In this document: piece after piece, positions 63,406-64,000 of the stretch | Position numbering within the stretch: the first letter of the stretch is position 1 | How the letters are laid out: every line of letters starts with the position of its first letter | Assembly: GCA_963729605.1 (NCBI GenBank) | Contig: CAVSNY010000004.1 | Coordinates: forward strand, 160,001-224,000 | DNA from: an uncultured Gammaproteobacteria bacterium | GTDB lineage: Bacteria; Pseudomonadota; Gammaproteobacteria; DRLM01 | Direction of reading: 5' to 3' | Length of the DNA: 64,000 bases | Program-made: the position numbers and the translations under genes | Notes under the pieces: model-generated | The model's database searches: none | Seen by the model: the letters and a program-made list of their open reading frames with translations, nothing else | What the model was told of the DNA's origin: nothing

Positions 63406-64000
63406 ATGGACGACATAACCAATCGGGTGGCGGCTAAGAAATCTGAGCTTAAATCCCTCCTTGGCATGATGGATGAGGTGGAGGACGCCGAGGCGATGCG
63501 GATGTTGGATGAATTCGTGAAAGGACACGAAGCCAGTCTTTTTCAGGAAATAGGCAAACTCACCCGCCAGCTGCACGATGCCTTGTCGTCCTTTAGCGTG
63601 GACGGAAGGATCGTCGATCTGGCCGAAAACGAGATTCCCAACGCCAAAGAACGTTTGAAGTATGTCATCGCCATCACCGAACAGGCCTCTCAAAAAGTGA
63701 TCAACGCCATCGAAGACAGCGTGCCGATCTCGGTGGATATGCACCATGCCTCGGCCAACCTGCTCGAAAAATGGACGAAGTTTACCCGGCGCGAAATGGA
63801 TGTCGGTGAATTCAGATTGATGAGCCGTGAAATCGAAGGCTTTCTCGGCGCGGCCACCGATGATTCCGACCGTATTCACAGAAGCCTCAATGAAATGCTC
63901 ATGGCGCAGGAATATCAGGATCTGACCGGGCAGGTGCTTAAACAGGTCATCGACCTGGTGGCGGATGTCGAATCCAACCTGGTTAATTTGATCAAAATCA
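63406..64000 (+). CDS. cheZ: CheY phosphatase CheZ (runs off the window end)
   Basis: Not in the ORF track because there is no stop in the window. Translates MDDITNR…LFQEIGKLTRQLHDAL…AKERLKYV…LMAQEYQDLTGQV. Confidence 0.93.
   Translation, partial: MDDITNRVAAKKSELKSLLGMMDEVEDAEAMRMLDEFVKGHEASLFQEIGKLTRQLHDALSSFSVDGRIVDLAENEIPNAKERLKYVIAITEQASQKVINAIEDSVPISVDMHHASANLLEKWTKFTRREMDVGEFRLMSREIEGFLGAATDDSDRIHRSLNEMLMAQEYQDLTGQVLKQVIDLVADVESNLVNLIKI

Overview
The window has three parts. (1) 1-11590 holds a very large type I-F CRISPR array (28-bp repeat GTTCACTGCCGCGCAGGCAGCTTAGAAA; 193 spacers in the window). It runs off the left edge, so its leader and any cas genes are not visible. (2) 11592-18831 is a mobile/accessory zone. 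A complete IS3-family element without target-site duplication fuses the array's trailer end to the 3' remnant of an ISCR1-like (IS91-family) transposase that keeps its oriIS. Four high-GC cargo genes follow (LLM oxidoreductase, HdeD/DUF308 protein, PRC-barrel protein, Old Yellow Enzyme), then a P4-type integrase broken by an N-terminal deletion/frameshift, next to tRNA-Ala(CGC). This looks like the end of a decayed tRNA-anchored genomic island. (3) 18920-64000 is a near-complete gammaproteobacterial polar-type flagellar/chemotaxis cluster: ycgR-flgNMA, cheV-cheR, flgB-L, fliC-flaG-fliDST, a PilZ gene, fleQSR, fliE-R, flhBAF-fleN-fliA, cheY and partial cheZ, with readable sigma54 and sigma28 promoters. 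Best candidates for something new: a ~140-nt GGA-rich multi-hairpin element resembling a CsrB/RsmY-type CsrA sponge between flgI and flgJ, and the CRISPR array joined to an orphan rolling-circle oriIS inside an island. All calls come from reading the sequence by eye; no database searches were run.
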